This document shows positions 10,211 to 20,287 of a DNA stretch of 47,423 nt, one piece after another. Source of the stretch: a virus. Lineage: Duplodnaviria > Caudoviricetes. The notes beneath the pieces were generated by a model. That model made no database searches, had not been told where the DNA came from, and was given only the letters and a program-made list of their open reading frames with translations. The translations under genes and the position numbers were made by a program. The stretch covers positions 1-47,423 of the IMG/VR virus record IMGVR_UViG_3300002307_000077; one strand, given 5' to 3'. Position 1 is the stretch's first letter; each line of letters opens with the position of its first letter.

Positions 10211-10828
10211 ATGCCCCTTAAGCCCGGTTCTTCACGGAAAACTGTCAGCTCTAACATTTCAGAGCTTGTTGATTCTGGACGCCCCCAAAAACAAGCCGTA
10301 GCTATTGCCCTTAGCACGGCTCGTAAGCATCGTGCATTTGGTGGGCATACGCCTGCATTTATACAAAAGCCAGTTGCACCCCAAGCTAACAAGATACACG
10401 TTGGGCCGATTCACAGCGCAGTCGCTGGACGCACAGATCACCTGCCAATGAATGTCCCGTCAGGAGCCTATGTAATCCCTGCTGACATTATTTCAGCTAT
10501 GGGAGAAGGCAATACTATTGCGGGATTCCGTGTTGCTAAAAGCATCTTCAACAGGCCGCTTTATGGGGGTGGGAAGAACCCTTATGGTGCGCCATCTGCT
10601 CCATACGGTCAGTCAATGCCCGGAAAGGCTGAAGGCGGCGCTACAAGTGACCCTAGCGTAGAGATCGTCGCTGCTGGTGGAGAATATGTCATTGACCCGG
10701 AAGATGTGACATGGTTGGGCGATGGTGACATAGATCATGGCCATAAGACATTAGATGAGTTTGTTAACAAGTTCCGTGCGAAAACGGTCAAAGTGTTAAG
10801 GAAATTACCCGGCCCGAAGAAAAATTGA
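10211..10828 (+). CDS. Virion protein with AxGG motifs and duplicated G(A/E)YVI module
   Basis: RAFGG, KAEGG; [20 protein letters not shown] and [12 protein letters not shown] resemble the SDSIPA..GEYV module of phage virion proteins. Confidence 0.65.
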   Translation: MPLKPGSSRKTVSSNISELVDSGRPQKQAVAIALSTARKHRAFGGHTPAFIQKPVAPQANKIHVGPIHSAVAGRTDHLPMNVPSGAYVIPADIISAMGEGNTIAGFRVAKSIFNRPLYGGGKNPYGAPSAPYGQSMPGKAEGGATSDPSVEIVAAGGEYVIDPEDVTWLGDGDIDHGHKTLDEFVNKFRAKTVKVLRKLPGPKKN

Positions 10829-10835
10829 GGACACA

Positions 10836-11327
10836 ATGGCAGAGGAAACTAAGGTTCGAACTGGTACACCCGAAGATATTCATGGGATGATGGATTTAGC
10901 ATTGCAGGCTTGCGAAGAAAATGGCCTGACAAATCCCAACCCTGAAAAGCTGCTCAATCAGATTTGGGCTGCTCTGAATCAAGAACACGGTATTGTCGGT
11001 ATTATTGGTAAATATGGACAACCGCTTGAAGCTGCTATATTACTTAGAACAGAGGCATTGTGGTATTCGGACGAATTTTCTCTCGTCGAACGGGCAGTTT
11101 TTGTACACCCGGAGTATCGCAGTGCTAAAGGCGGAAGGGCGCGGAAATTGTGCGAGTTTGCAAAAAAAGCCGCCGAGTCATTAGATATTCCGTTAATTAT
11201 AGGCGTATTAAGTTCTGATCGTACTGAGTCAAAAGTTCGGATGTATGAGAGACTTTTCGGTGAATATTCAGGTGCTTACTGGATTGTAGGCCGGAGAACT
11301 GGCACTTGGAAAGCTGCTGCGGAGTAA
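10836..11327 (+). CDS. GNAT-fold protein in tail module
   Basis: VFVHPEYRSAKGGRARKL resembles the acetyl-CoA binding motif A. Confidence 0.7.
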   Translation: MAEETKVRTGTPEDIHGMMDLALQACEENGLTNPNPEKLLNQIWAALNQEHGIVGIIGKYGQPLEAAILLRTEALWYSDEFSLVERAVFVHPEYRSAKGGRARKLCEFAKKAAESLDIPLIIGVLSSDRTESKVRMYERLFGEYSGAYWIVGRRTGTWKAAAE

Positions 11328-11332
11328 CATAG

Positions 11333-11470
11333 ATGGGCCATAGGGTTTGCTCAAAATGTAAGACTAACAAACCTCTGACTGAGTTTCGTAAAGACTCGCC
11401 TGCATTTGAAAATCTCAGCAAGAAAAACAAATTTCCTGAAGAATATCAGCACCTTGCGTGGGGGATTTAA
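11333..11470 (+). pseudogene. Internally deleted HNH homing endonuclease remnant (45 aa, absent from ORF track)
   Basis: Manual translation MGHRVCSKCKTNKPLTEFRKDSPAFENLSKKNKFPEEYQHLAWGI joins an N-terminal CxxC..KPLxEF motif to a C-terminal PA.ENLSK.NK motif; no HNH core. Confidence 0.6.
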
Positions 11471-11472
11471 TT

Positions 11473-14400
11473 ATGGGGGGAAAGACCAGTACATCAACCC
11501 AATCGGTGCAAATCCCGCCGGAAGTTCTGGCTCGATATAATGCTGTCAATAAACGCGCCGAAGAAGCTGCCTCCCAGCCTTTTCAAGAATATTCAAACGA
11601 TCCAAATGCGTTTGTCGCCCCTATAAATACTACTCAGCAGACCGGCATTAACCAGACTCTTAATGCGTCCCAGCAAGCACAGCCCTATTTTGGCGCTGCT
11701 ACTGGAATGACTGCTGCTGGTTCTGGAGCTGTTAACCCTGACCAGCTTCAAACTGCTCAATATATGAATCCATATACCCAGAATGTGGTGGATGCTACAA
11801 CTGCTGCTCTTCAACAACAGCAGGGCCAGCAACTTTCCCAACAACAAACACAAGCTATCAAGTCTGGCGCATTTGGCGGGAACCGTTCTGGATTGGAGAG
11901 GGCTGTTCTGCAAGGTCAGCAAGGTCTAGCTACAGCTCAAGCCATTTCTCCATTATATCAACGTGGCTATGAACAGGCTCTAGCCACAGCACAACAGCAA
12001 CAGGGCGTAAATTTAAGCGCTCAACAAGCTAACCAAGCTCGGCTTTTGCAAGGTGGTCAGCAACTGGCTGGGTTGGGTGCTGCCGCACAAACCGCTGGTT
12101 TGCAGGGTGCAAATGCTTTGCAACAAGCTGGCGCAACTCAGCAACAGACAACTCAAGCTGGTCTAGGCGCTCTCTACAATCAATGGCTACAGAAGCAAGG
12201 CTACCCCTATCAACAGGCTCAGTTCTTGGCAAATATTGCGGAAGGTACTGGTTCTCTGTCTGGGAGCACAACTACTACTAATCAGCCAGCTCCTTTCTTT
12301 GGATCTGATCGTCGCCTTAAGCATGACGTTAAGCGTATCGGTGAGACTGATAAGGGCCTGCCAATCTACAGCTTTAAGTATAAAGACGATCCCGAAGAGC
12401 AGACCCGCATTGGCTTTATGGCTGATGAAGTTGAGAAACGACATCCAGAAGATGTCGGCCTTTCTGGCGGTTACAAGACAGTTAATTATGAAGGTGTGGC
12501 AGACAAAGAAAGCCGCCCTCATCGTTACGATGGCGGTCTAGTCCCCGACTCTGCTGGCGGTGCTGTTATGCCAGAAATGTCAGGCGAGGGTTATGCTGAA
12601 GGTGGCATGGCTGGCGCTAGTGATTTTGTGCCTCCAATGCGTAGCATCTTTGGTAATCCCGGAGCTGGTGGCAATGCTGGGTTGGCGCAGGTCTTGGCTG
12701 CACAGCAAGGTAGCGGCCAACGCAAGTTAATGATGCCATCTCAAGGTTTGAAGCCGATTACACCAGAATTTAACCAATTGCTTGGCGCTGGTCAGCAGGT
12801 TGCTGATCTCGGTGGATTGGCTGGTAAGGGCTGGGATACCGGCAAGTCTGCGTTACTTGGCTCAGAAGCATATAAAGACTCTAAAACTGGTAAAGATATA
12901 GCCGCAACAACTGGCCTTATTGGCTCTGGCGGTTCATCTGATAATGCTGGTTATTTGAAGAAAATCTTTGGCAGTAGCCCCGGAATGGCTGGAGGAGGCG
13001 GTGTGAATCCTTACTCCATCTCAGACGATCCAATGGCGGATGTTGTTAAAGAAGGCGAGGAAAAGAAGCACGAGCTGATGAAGCCTAATCAAGCACCCGG
13101 CGCTCCTCCTAGCCCATTTAGCCAAATTATGGGCGGTGTTGGCGCTGCCACAAGTTTGGCAAAGGCTGGCACTACAGCAATGGAAGGGCTGGAAGCTCTT
13201 GGCGAGTTCTTGCCTATGCTTCTTCTTGCCAACGGCGGCGTTGCAGGTGGTCGTAAGCATTATGACGATGGTGGAGATGTTCCTCCAGAAACCGTGCCTC
13301 CGATGGATTATCGGTCTATGTTAGTCAATTCAGCTAAGAAAGCTGGGATTGATCCTGATAATTATGTAAGAGTTGCTCAAGCTGAAAGTTCGTTACGCCC
13401 ACGTTCTGGCGATGATGGATCATCTGGTGGCATTCTTCAATTCCATGTCGGTGATGTTTCTGAAAAGTATCCTCACGCTGGTTTGGGTAATGCAATATTT
13501 AAGGATGTATATCCCGAATTGGATAAATCGTTATCACCGCAAGAAAAAGTCAAATGGCTTAATGCGCCCGAAAATCAACAAGCTCTTTCTGATTATGGAG
13601 CGCAACATATAGCTAAAAACGGCTATGGAGCATGGACTACAGCGCGGCAAATGGGCCTTGCGGGCGGTCGCGGCTCTCGATCTGAGGCTTCTGCTCCTTC
13701 TAAGGGCGGCTTCAGCGGGATAAGCGCACCTGATACATTTAATAATCAACCTCAAGGTTGGGGTGATTTCCTGACAAGTAAGCAGTTTGTATTGCCGTTG
13801 CTTTCAGGTCTTGGGAAGATGGCTGGATCAAATAGCCGTTATCTAGGTTCGGCTGTGTTGCAGGGTTTGGGTGGAGCTGCTGAGTCTTACGAAAACCTAC
13901 AAAACCAAACTTCGCAGATTCAACTTCGTCAGTCTGAAATTGCCAAAAATACACTCGGCATGTTGAAAGATAGGTTTATCCCTATCCCGACAGGAACTGG
14001 CCAGCCTGCGTGGCGCGATACCATGACTGGTAAAATCCTTAATCAAGCTCAATTTGCTGCTGCAATGAGCGGGGCGGCTAGTGCAATGGGGAATGCTACT
14101 AATGTTCCTTACGCATCACCAGTTAGTACCAAAGACCCGATACAGATTGCGGGATCAACATCACCCGGCACAAATGCTGTAGCGAAATCTGGCGAAGACA
14201 TAATGAAGGCAAGTGGCGTTACGCCTGAGTCTGCTAAAAACACAGCTCCACCGCCGGATGCTTTTGCTAACGTAGCTGATGAATTTAACCCCTATTTGCT
14301 TACGCAGAAAGCTGAACAATATCGCAGGCTTTCAGAAGAAGCTCGTACTCTTGGTAAGGATAACCAATCGACTGGTTATTTGTCTGAGGCTGAAAAGTAC

Positions 14401-15246
14401 GAACAAAAAATTGAAAAAATTATGAAAGGTGATTTGCCTGTATTGGACAAAAACAATCAGCCTACTGTCATCAAAGAAATTCAAGAAAATATTAATCGTA
14501 AAAATGCGGATGCGGATTTTGCTAAATCAATGGCAACTCAACGTGGCGAATTTGCTAAAGCCGCAGATCAATATCTAGAAGAATTTGACCCGCAGCTTCA
14601 AATAATTATGGACTTATCACGAATTTACCAAATGGGTGAATTGGGTCGCGGATCTGAGGCTATTGCAGATCTGATAGGTTATGCCAGAAGAGTTCCATAT
14701 ATTGGCGAAATTCTTAAAGATAAGTTACCTGATCTTGTTGCATCACAATCTCTTAGTGACCAATCTAAAAAAGAATCTCTTACAATGGCGTTCAAAACCA
14801 TTAGGGAGGCTCAAGCCCAACGCGCTCCTGCTACAGCTTTGAAGGAAGCCGTGATGACAGTTGCGAATCCTGAAATGGCTCCTGAAGCTCGCTGGGGTCT
14901 CTTAACGAGCCAGCTTGGTCAGGAATTGTGGAAAAAAGCTCAAAATGAAGATTGGATTAATGCTGGAAGGCCGAATCATTCAAAATACCTTATTGATTGG
15001 AAGAAAGATCCTAAACATTCAATCGACAATTATGTAGAACAAGCTCGTAAAATGATCCCTGAATTTAAGGGTGTCACACCTACTGAGAGGCAAAATCGCC
15101 GTCCGTTAGGAAATGAAGGGCAACAACAACAGACATCTGTGCCTACTGTGACACCACAAATGGATCAGCAAGCCATTCAATGGGCTAAACAGCATCCGAC
15201 AGACCCGAAAGCCATTCAAATCTTGAAAGCAAATGGGGTTCAATAA
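11473..15246 (+). CDS. Large DNA ejection (internal virion) protein with internal S74-like domain and lysozyme/SLT-like domain
   Basis: Gln/Ala-rich N-terminus (YMNPY, GAFGG); GSDRRLKHDV...GFMADEVE...YKTVNY; AKKAGIDP...AQAESS...GILQF; ATG 11473 preferred. Confidence 0.8.
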   Translation: MGGKTSTSTQSVQIPPEVLARYNAVNKRAEEAASQPFQEYSNDPNAFVAPINTTQQTGINQTLNASQQAQPYFGAATGMTAAGSGAVNPDQLQTAQYMNPYTQNVVDATTAALQQQQGQQLSQQQTQAIKSGAFGGNRSGLERAVLQGQQGLATAQAISPLYQRGYEQALATAQQQQGVNLSAQQANQARLLQGGQQLAGLGAAAQTAGLQGANALQQAGATQQQTTQAGLGALYNQWLQKQGYPYQQAQFLANIAEGTGSLSGSTTTTNQPAPFFGSDRRLKHDVKRIGETDKGLPIYSFKYKDDPEEQTRIGFMADEVEKRHPEDVGLSGGYKTVNYEGVADKESRPHRYDGGLVPDSAGGAVMPEMSGEGYAEGGMAGASDFVPPMRSIFGNPGAGGNAGLAQVLAAQQGSGQRKLMMPSQGLKPITPEFNQLLGAGQQVADLGGLAGKGWDTGKSALLGSEAYKDSKTGKDIAATTGLIGSGGSSDNAGYLKKIFGSSPGMAGGGGVNPYSISDDPMADVVKEGEEKKHELMKPNQAPGAPPSPFSQIMGGVGAATSLAKAGTTAMEGLEALGEFLPMLLLANGGVAGGRKHYDDGGDVPPETVPPMDYRSMLVNSAKKAGIDPDNYVRVAQAESSLRPRSGDDGSSGGILQFHVGDVSEKYPHAGLGNAIFKDVYPELDKSLSPQEKVKWLNAPENQQALSDYGAQHIAKNGYGAWTTARQMGLAGGRGSRSEASAPSKGGFSGISAPDTFNNQPQGWGDFLTSKQFVLPLLSGLGKMAGSNSRYLGSAVLQGLGGAAESYENLQNQTSQIQLRQSEIAKNTLGMLKDRFIPIPTGTGQPAWRDTMTGKILNQAQFAAAMSGAASAMGNATNVPYASPVSTKDPIQIAGSTSPGTNAVAKSGEDIMKASGVTPESAKNTAPPPDAFANVADEFNPYLLTQKAEQYRRLSEEARTLGKDNQSTGYLSEAEKYEQKIEKIMKGDLPVLDKNNQPTVIKEIQENINRKNADADFAKSMATQRGEFAKAADQYLEEFDPQLQIIMDLSRIYQMGELGRGSEAIADLIGYARRVPYIGEILKDKLPDLVASQSLSDQSKKESLTMAFKTIREAQAQRAPATALKEAVMTVANPEMAPEARWGLLTSQLGQELWKKAQNEDWINAGRPNHSKYLIDWKKDPKHSIDNYVEQARKMIPEFKGVTPTERQNRRPLGNEGQQQQTSVPTVTPQMDQQAIQWAKQHPTDPKAIQILKANGVQ

Positions 15247-17612
15247 TGGACTTTGATCCTGATGCTTATCTTGCTCAAAAGGTAGGTAACACACCTGCCT
15301 CTGCGTCCAACGCGCCACCTGCCTTTGACCCAGATGCTTATCTGGCTCAGAAGATGGGTGGTAAACCATCTGCGCCAACGCCAGAGCAAGAGCATGAGGC
15401 CAATGTTGCCAAATATGCTGATGATGCTAAGAGATTCCATAATGAATTTCCATTAGAATCTGCACTCCCTAGCCTTCAATTGCCTATTATCAGCGATATA
15501 GCAAAAAAAGGTTCAGCATTTGTTTCCTCTTTAGTTCCGGGGAGCGAAGATAGATATGGCGCAACTCAAGGCGAGAGATACAAGAACATTTCTGCTCGTC
15601 AAGATGCTATAGAGCGGGAGCGTAAAGCAAGGCAGTCTGGTTTGTCATCGGCACTTGAGACAGCCGGTAATGTTGCTGGTTCTGTTGCTTTGACACCTGC
15701 TTTAGGCATTGAAGCTGCTGCTACAAGGGTATTACCTAATCTAGCTGGGCGCGTCTTGGGTGCGGCTGGTGAGGGTGCGGCATATTCTACGGCTGAACAT
15801 TTAGCGTCTGCACCTGCTGAAAAATCCGTTGGCAAAACATTGTCTGAGCTTCCGGGCGCGGCAGCTCAAGGCGCTTTGTTTGGTGCTGCTGCTGTGCCTG
15901 TTGGAGCTGCTATCGGTAAGGTTGGAGAAAAATCAAAAAGCGCATACAATTTTCTGTTCAATCCAGAAGAATATGCAGCTCAAAAACTGGCTACTGCGGC
16001 CAGAGAGGCTGCGCCAAATGCTCCCGGATTAAAGACGGGGGAAGCTGGGTATTTGGCTGAAGTCGGCGCTCCTGTAAGTGTTGCTGATGTTAGAGGCGTC
16101 AAGCCTGTTATAGAAAAAGCTGCGGCTATCTCACCGGAGAGTCAACACTTAGCTGAGATAAATCAATCTCTTAAAGATAGATTGCAAGAAAGCTCTCAGA
16201 CATTTCAAAATATTCTTGATAACTCTTATTCATCTCTTGTCGGCAAAGTTAATGCAAAAATAGATCCTGTTGCAGTTAAGAGAGAAGCTAGAGACGAGGC
16301 AATTAGTGTTAATAAGCCTGCTTATTTAGCGGCTTATAACGCCCCTGCTGCACAAAATATGTGGACACCAGAACTGCAAAATTTTGTTAACACAGAAGCA
16401 GGACAAAAGGCTGTCAAATTTGCAGTGGAGAACTCTAAACTAAGTGCGTTTGCAAAGGGTAATACTCCACAGAGAAATCCATTTATCAAGGATGATAATG
16501 GGATCTATGTGCTAAACCCTAGATCTGCACCGCCAAATCTTGAATTTTGGGATCAAGCTAAACGTGGCTTAAACGATCAAGTTTCCAGCTTGTATAGATC
16601 TGGTGACAATGGTGCAGCTAAAGTGGCGCGTGATGCCCAAGAAACTTTTACACAGCATCTGAAAGATGTAGTCCCGCAGTATCAAAATGCTCTGTCTGGC
16701 GCAAAGAGATATATAGATCAGGACAATGCTTTTGATGCAGGTATGGATTTCTTCCGTCTGGCAGATACAAGCACAAAAACAGACCCGTTAAAGCTGCGTA
16801 AACAAATTGAGTATTTCCAAACTCCTACTAATCAAGGTGGATATACACAAAAAGAAAAAGAAATGTTTAATCAGGGGCTTATCTCATACATTAAGGATAA
16901 CCCTATACAAGCTGCAAAAGTTTTCTCCAAAGCAGATGCAGTAACAATGAATAATCTATCGTCTGTTATGGAACCAGAACTATTGAAGGCCGCTTACACG
17001 GCTTCTCAAGTTAGTCGGCTGTCTGCGCTTACCCAAGAGATAAAAGTTAAAGAATCAAAAGGCTTGATAAAAAAACTAGGTGCTGGTGCTGGTTTATTCT
17101 TTCTTGCCTTAGCAGAACATCCAATTGAAAGCATACAGTATCTCTTTCAAAGCCAGCTTACTTCTGCTGGAACTACTCTTGGTGGTTTGGCTCTTCTTGG
17201 CGGCAAATTGGGGTATAATAAATTACAAATTGCCAGAGCTAATCGCATTTTAGAAATGGCAGCATCAACGGACCCCAGAATTATTAAGAAGTTGCATAGC
17301 GATGTATTGGGAAACCCCGAAGAGCAAAACCTTCTTCAGAATATGGAAACTGGTCTGCAAAGGTGGGTTCTTTATTCAAGAGAAAATGCTGGCGGGTTAG
17401 CTCGATATATGGGTACAGTAGCTGGTCAGGCGAACGGCGGTCGCATTGAGCGCAAATCTGGCGGTCGTATTAGCCCAGCCTCTAAAGCTGATAGGTTGAT
17501 CTTGGCCGCAGAGAAGGCTAAAAAGTACATCAATAAACATACAGAGGCGCTACTCAACGAGCCGGATGCCACTATAGTTCATGCTCTATCAATCGCTAAA
17601 AAGGCCATCTGA
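15246..17612 (+). CDS. DNA ejection (internal virion) protein
   Basis: FDPDAYLAQK twice at N-terminus, Ala/Gly-rich hydrophobic segments, follows the large ejection protein. Confidence 0.7.
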   Translation: MDFDPDAYLAQKVGNTPASASNAPPAFDPDAYLAQKMGGKPSAPTPEQEHEANVAKYADDAKRFHNEFPLESALPSLQLPIISDIAKKGSAFVSSLVPGSEDRYGATQGERYKNISARQDAIERERKARQSGLSSALETAGNVAGSVALTPALGIEAAATRVLPNLAGRVLGAAGEGAAYSTAEHLASAPAEKSVGKTLSELPGAAAQGALFGAAAVPVGAAIGKVGEKSKSAYNFLFNPEEYAAQKLATAAREAAPNAPGLKTGEAGYLAEVGAPVSVADVRGVKPVIEKAAAISPESQHLAEINQSLKDRLQESSQTFQNILDNSYSSLVGKVNAKIDPVAVKREARDEAISVNKPAYLAAYNAPAAQNMWTPELQNFVNTEAGQKAVKFAVENSKLSAFAKGNTPQRNPFIKDDNGIYVLNPRSAPPNLEFWDQAKRGLNDQVSSLYRSGDNGAAKVARDAQETFTQHLKDVVPQYQNALSGAKRYIDQDNAFDAGMDFFRLADTSTKTDPLKLRKQIEYFQTPTNQGGYTQKEKEMFNQGLISYIKDNPIQAAKVFSKADAVTMNNLSSVMEPELLKAAYTASQVSRLSALTQEIKVKESKGLIKKLGAGAGLFFLALAEHPIESIQYLFQSQLTSAGTTLGGLALLGGKLGYNKLQIARANRILEMAASTDPRIIKKLHSDVLGNPEEQNLLQNMETGLQRWVLYSRENAGGLARYMGTVAGQANGGRIERKSGGRISPASKADRLILAAEKAKKYINKHTEALLNEPDATIVHALSIAKKAI
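15887..16000 (+). repeat. 114-bp repeat, copy 1 (inverted relative to 28661-28774)
   Basis: Direct alignment to the reverse complement of 28661-28774: 111/114 identical. Confidence 0.97.
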
Positions 17613-17614
17613 AC

Positions 17615-19048
17615 ATGACAACGACAACAAACAAAAGTTTGAACGAACCTGCGATTGGCTCTTCTAGCTGGGGCGGTCCACTTAACGATAATTTTACATA
17701 TCTAGATGCTGCGTTGGGGTCTAGCACATCTCTTTCACTGACATCTGCTACATTAACTGTGTCGCAGTATCGCTCGCTGGTTTTGAGTGTTAGCGGAGCC
17801 AACAGTGCAGCCATTGTATATACAATTCCGGCTGGAGTTGGCGGTCAGTGGATTGTTAGCAACCAAACAACAGGCACTGGCACAATTACCGTCATACAAA
17901 GCGGCATTGGCGTTGCCTGCACGAATGGTAAGCATACGCTCGTCTATGCTAACGGCTCTGGCGTCTATACGGCGGATGACTGGCAGAGCGGTGGCGGTGG
18001 GGGTGGCGGATCTCCCGGCGGCTCAACAAATTCAATCCAATATAATACCAGTGGTACTTTTGGCGGCAGTGCCAATTTTACATATGATGGTACAAATGTT
18101 AACCAGATTGGCTCCACAAACGCCGAGTTGAAATATACAATCAATAACCAGCTTACAGGCGCTAGCGTTGCTTCGTCTTTGTATCTTACTGCTGGAACTG
18201 TTGGATCAGGGATTTACGGGTCGCTGTCCACTTGGAATAATAGTGGCACAAACTCCTACATGCAGCTATCTGGCAGCTCCGCTGTTGCCACTATCAATCA
18301 TGGTTTTACTACCCATAATTTCTATGCCTTGAACCTTTCGACACCATATGCACAGATTGGTACGGCAGGTCTTAAACTTGGCTCTTCATTAGCTCTCAAT
18401 ATTTATCATGATGGGTCTAATGCTTATTACACCACATCTACGGGTGATACGACATTCTCATCGCCCAACGCATCGCTGATTAAGTTTGTCAGCGCACCAT
18501 CTGGGGCACAACGTGCTACGTTAGATCCCAATGGTAATTTCTGTGCTGGTAATATTCCATCTCAAGCATCATCTGGCATCTATTCGTCCATTGCTGCTTC
18601 TGGTGTGTTCAACCGTGCTGGCGCTACAGGCACTCTTGGTAGCACAGTTTACAACATTGAGTTCTTAGGCGGCTCAAACTGTCATCTGTGGGTCGGTAAT
18701 AGCGACTTCGGTCAGATCTCGACAACATCTGACTATCGTTTGAAGAAAGACGTTACAACAACAATTATTCCAGCTTTGGACCGTGTTAATCGTCTGCGTC
18801 CAGTCAACTACGCATTTAAATATGACAGCATCCCCCGTGAAGGTTTTATCGCTCACGAAGTGCAGGAAGTCATCCCATCTGCGGTATCATACAACAAAGA
18901 TGATATTGCATCTGACGGAAAGATTCAGCCACAGTCACTGAATATTGCGCCTCTTGTCGCTGTATTGACAAAAGCTATACAGGAACTCAGCGCGGAAGTG
19001 TCTGCGCTGAGTAAAGAACTTGATGCTGTTAAGTCTAAGCTGCCTTGA
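17615..19048 (+). CDS. Tail fibre with C-terminal peptidase S74 chaperone
   Basis: N-terminal WGGPLNDNF anchor, poly-Gly hinge, SDYRLKKDV, GFIAHEVQEVIP, terminal coiled coil. Confidence 0.85.
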   Translation: MTTTTNKSLNEPAIGSSSWGGPLNDNFTYLDAALGSSTSLSLTSATLTVSQYRSLVLSVSGANSAAIVYTIPAGVGGQWIVSNQTTGTGTITVIQSGIGVACTNGKHTLVYANGSGVYTADDWQSGGGGGGGSPGGSTNSIQYNTSGTFGGSANFTYDGTNVNQIGSTNAELKYTINNQLTGASVASSLYLTAGTVGSGIYGSLSTWNNSGTNSYMQLSGSSAVATINHGFTTHNFYALNLSTPYAQIGTAGLKLGSSLALNIYHDGSNAYYTTSTGDTTFSSPNASLIKFVSAPSGAQRATLDPNGNFCAGNIPSQASSGIYSSIAASGVFNRAGATGTLGSTVYNIEFLGGSNCHLWVGNSDFGQISTTSDYRLKKDVTTTIIPALDRVNRLRPVNYAFKYDSIPREGFIAHEVQEVIPSAVSYNKDDIASDGKIQPQSLNIAPLVAVLTKAIQELSAEVSALSKELDAVKSKLP

Positions 19049-19571
19049 TCTGCGGTTTCTTAAACGGTGCAGGGTGGTAGCAAAGACTGTAATGGTATGG
19101 GCACATAGATGCTCTATGAATTTTTGCACCGCAGTATAGTGTATCTGCGTCATCTACTTCACCAATGATATACCTACAGCTATCAATCTTTAGATCCGTT
19201 ATATAAATAGGATCATTGGTTGGAGGTATTAGCGGTTCCATTACCATGCGCTTCTCCCTAAGTGGGAATGGAATTGTTTTACCTTTAAGTTTATGTTTGT
19301 TGTTAATACTTTGTTCTTGCTGTGATTTTTGCATCCTATTCAGCTCAACTTTACGTTCTTCTTTTCGTTGAAAATAAATAGAACGTCTAGTTTCTTTAGG
19401 TATAACTTTTGGTTTTATATCTACCCATCCAGCAGCCCTAGCTCTTCCTACGCGGCCAATGACTGCATTCCTTGTTATATGTAATACCCTACCTATTTCA
19501 GTTGCTGTGCTACCTTCGTTCCACATTTTCAAAATAAGATCTAAATCTTCTTTTTTAGCCTTATCAACCAT
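19035..19571 (-). CDS. gcrA: GcrA cell-cycle regulator homologue
   Basis: N-terminal LKMWNEGSTATEIG...TRNAVIGRV.R HTH and C-terminal L...CRY.IG......YCG......CPYH...CY. Confidence 0.88.
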   Translation of the reverse strand: MVDKAKKEDLDLILKMWNEGSTATEIGRVLHITRNAVIGRVGRARAAGWVDIKPKVIPKETRRSIYFQRKEERKVELNRMQKSQQEQSINNKHKLKGKTIPFPLREKRMVMEPLIPPTNDPIYITDLKIDSCRYIIGEVDDADTLYCGAKIHRASMCPYHYSLCYHPAPFKKPQIKAA

Positions 19572-19606
19572 ATTGCCTTATCCCCCTTATGTGTTACCTT
19601 TGAATT

Positions 19607-19640
19607 TCTCTTAAAGCTACCGTCTTCGCGCTTTAAGAGA
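19607..19640. other. 11-bp stem-loop upstream of gcrA
   Basis: TCTCTTAAAGC (19607-19617) pairs with GCTTTAAGAGA (19630-19640). Confidence 0.6.
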
Positions 19641-19651
19641 GTCCCCCACTT

Positions 19652-19690
19652 AACCCGGTAGTGTGCCAATGGCTCTACCGGGTTCTTTTC
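19652..19690 (+). terminator. Probable intrinsic terminator
   Basis: AACCCGGTAG / CTACCGGGTT 10-bp stem followed by CTTTTC on + strand. Confidence 0.55.
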
Positions 19691-20287
19691 TTACCAATAG
19701 TGTAGTGATCCAATCCAGCTAGGGATCTTCGCGTTAACAGCCATTTTAATATATTGCTGGCGATAGCGCTCTGCTTTGCGTGTCAGACGTTTATTGAATG
19801 GGCTTCCAGACACATGGCAGGACGCAAATTGAGAAGATGTTCTCGCACCCAGTTGGACGCATCTCTCCATATGCCTGATGCCAGCCTCGATCTGAGCGGT
19901 GCAGGATGAGTTTAACTCATATGCAGTGATACCCAAGCTCTCAGCACTACCTACAAGTACCTGTAGAGGCCCCACAGCGCGTCCGTGACGGGTCTTAGGG
20001 CCTTTGACATGGCAAGTGTAGCCAGACTCAATTTTAGCGATCTTAAGGGCAGGTTCTACCCATTCTTGGCCGATACGAGATCGCACCTTATCCGCAATCT
20101 CTGTGGCAACTTGTTTTTGGGTTTTCGACATTGTGTCAGTCCAACTTAAATCAATATCAACATTTTTCCCCCATCCAGCTTTGTCTCTGCGAAAGAAGAT
20201 TGCTGCGTTGTCATCACCCTCAAAAGCCATTGTAGCAATGGACATAGTTAAGATTGATGCAATCGTAGGGATGATTACATTCTTCAT
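19691..20287 (-). CDS. Secreted lytic transglycosylase (SLT-like)
   Basis: Signal-peptide-like MKNVIIPTIASILTMSIATMA; IAKIESG catalytic Glu motif; AVGPLQV; IEAGIRHM. Confidence 0.78.
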   Translation of the reverse strand: MKNVIIPTIASILTMSIATMAFEGDDNAAIFFRRDKAGWGKNVDIDLSWTDTMSKTQKQVATEIADKVRSRIGQEWVEPALKIAKIESGYTCHVKGPKTRHGRAVGPLQVLVGSAESLGITAYELNSSCTAQIEAGIRHMERCVQLGARTSSQFASCHVSGSPFNKRLTRKAERYRQQYIKMAVNAKIPSWIGSLHYW

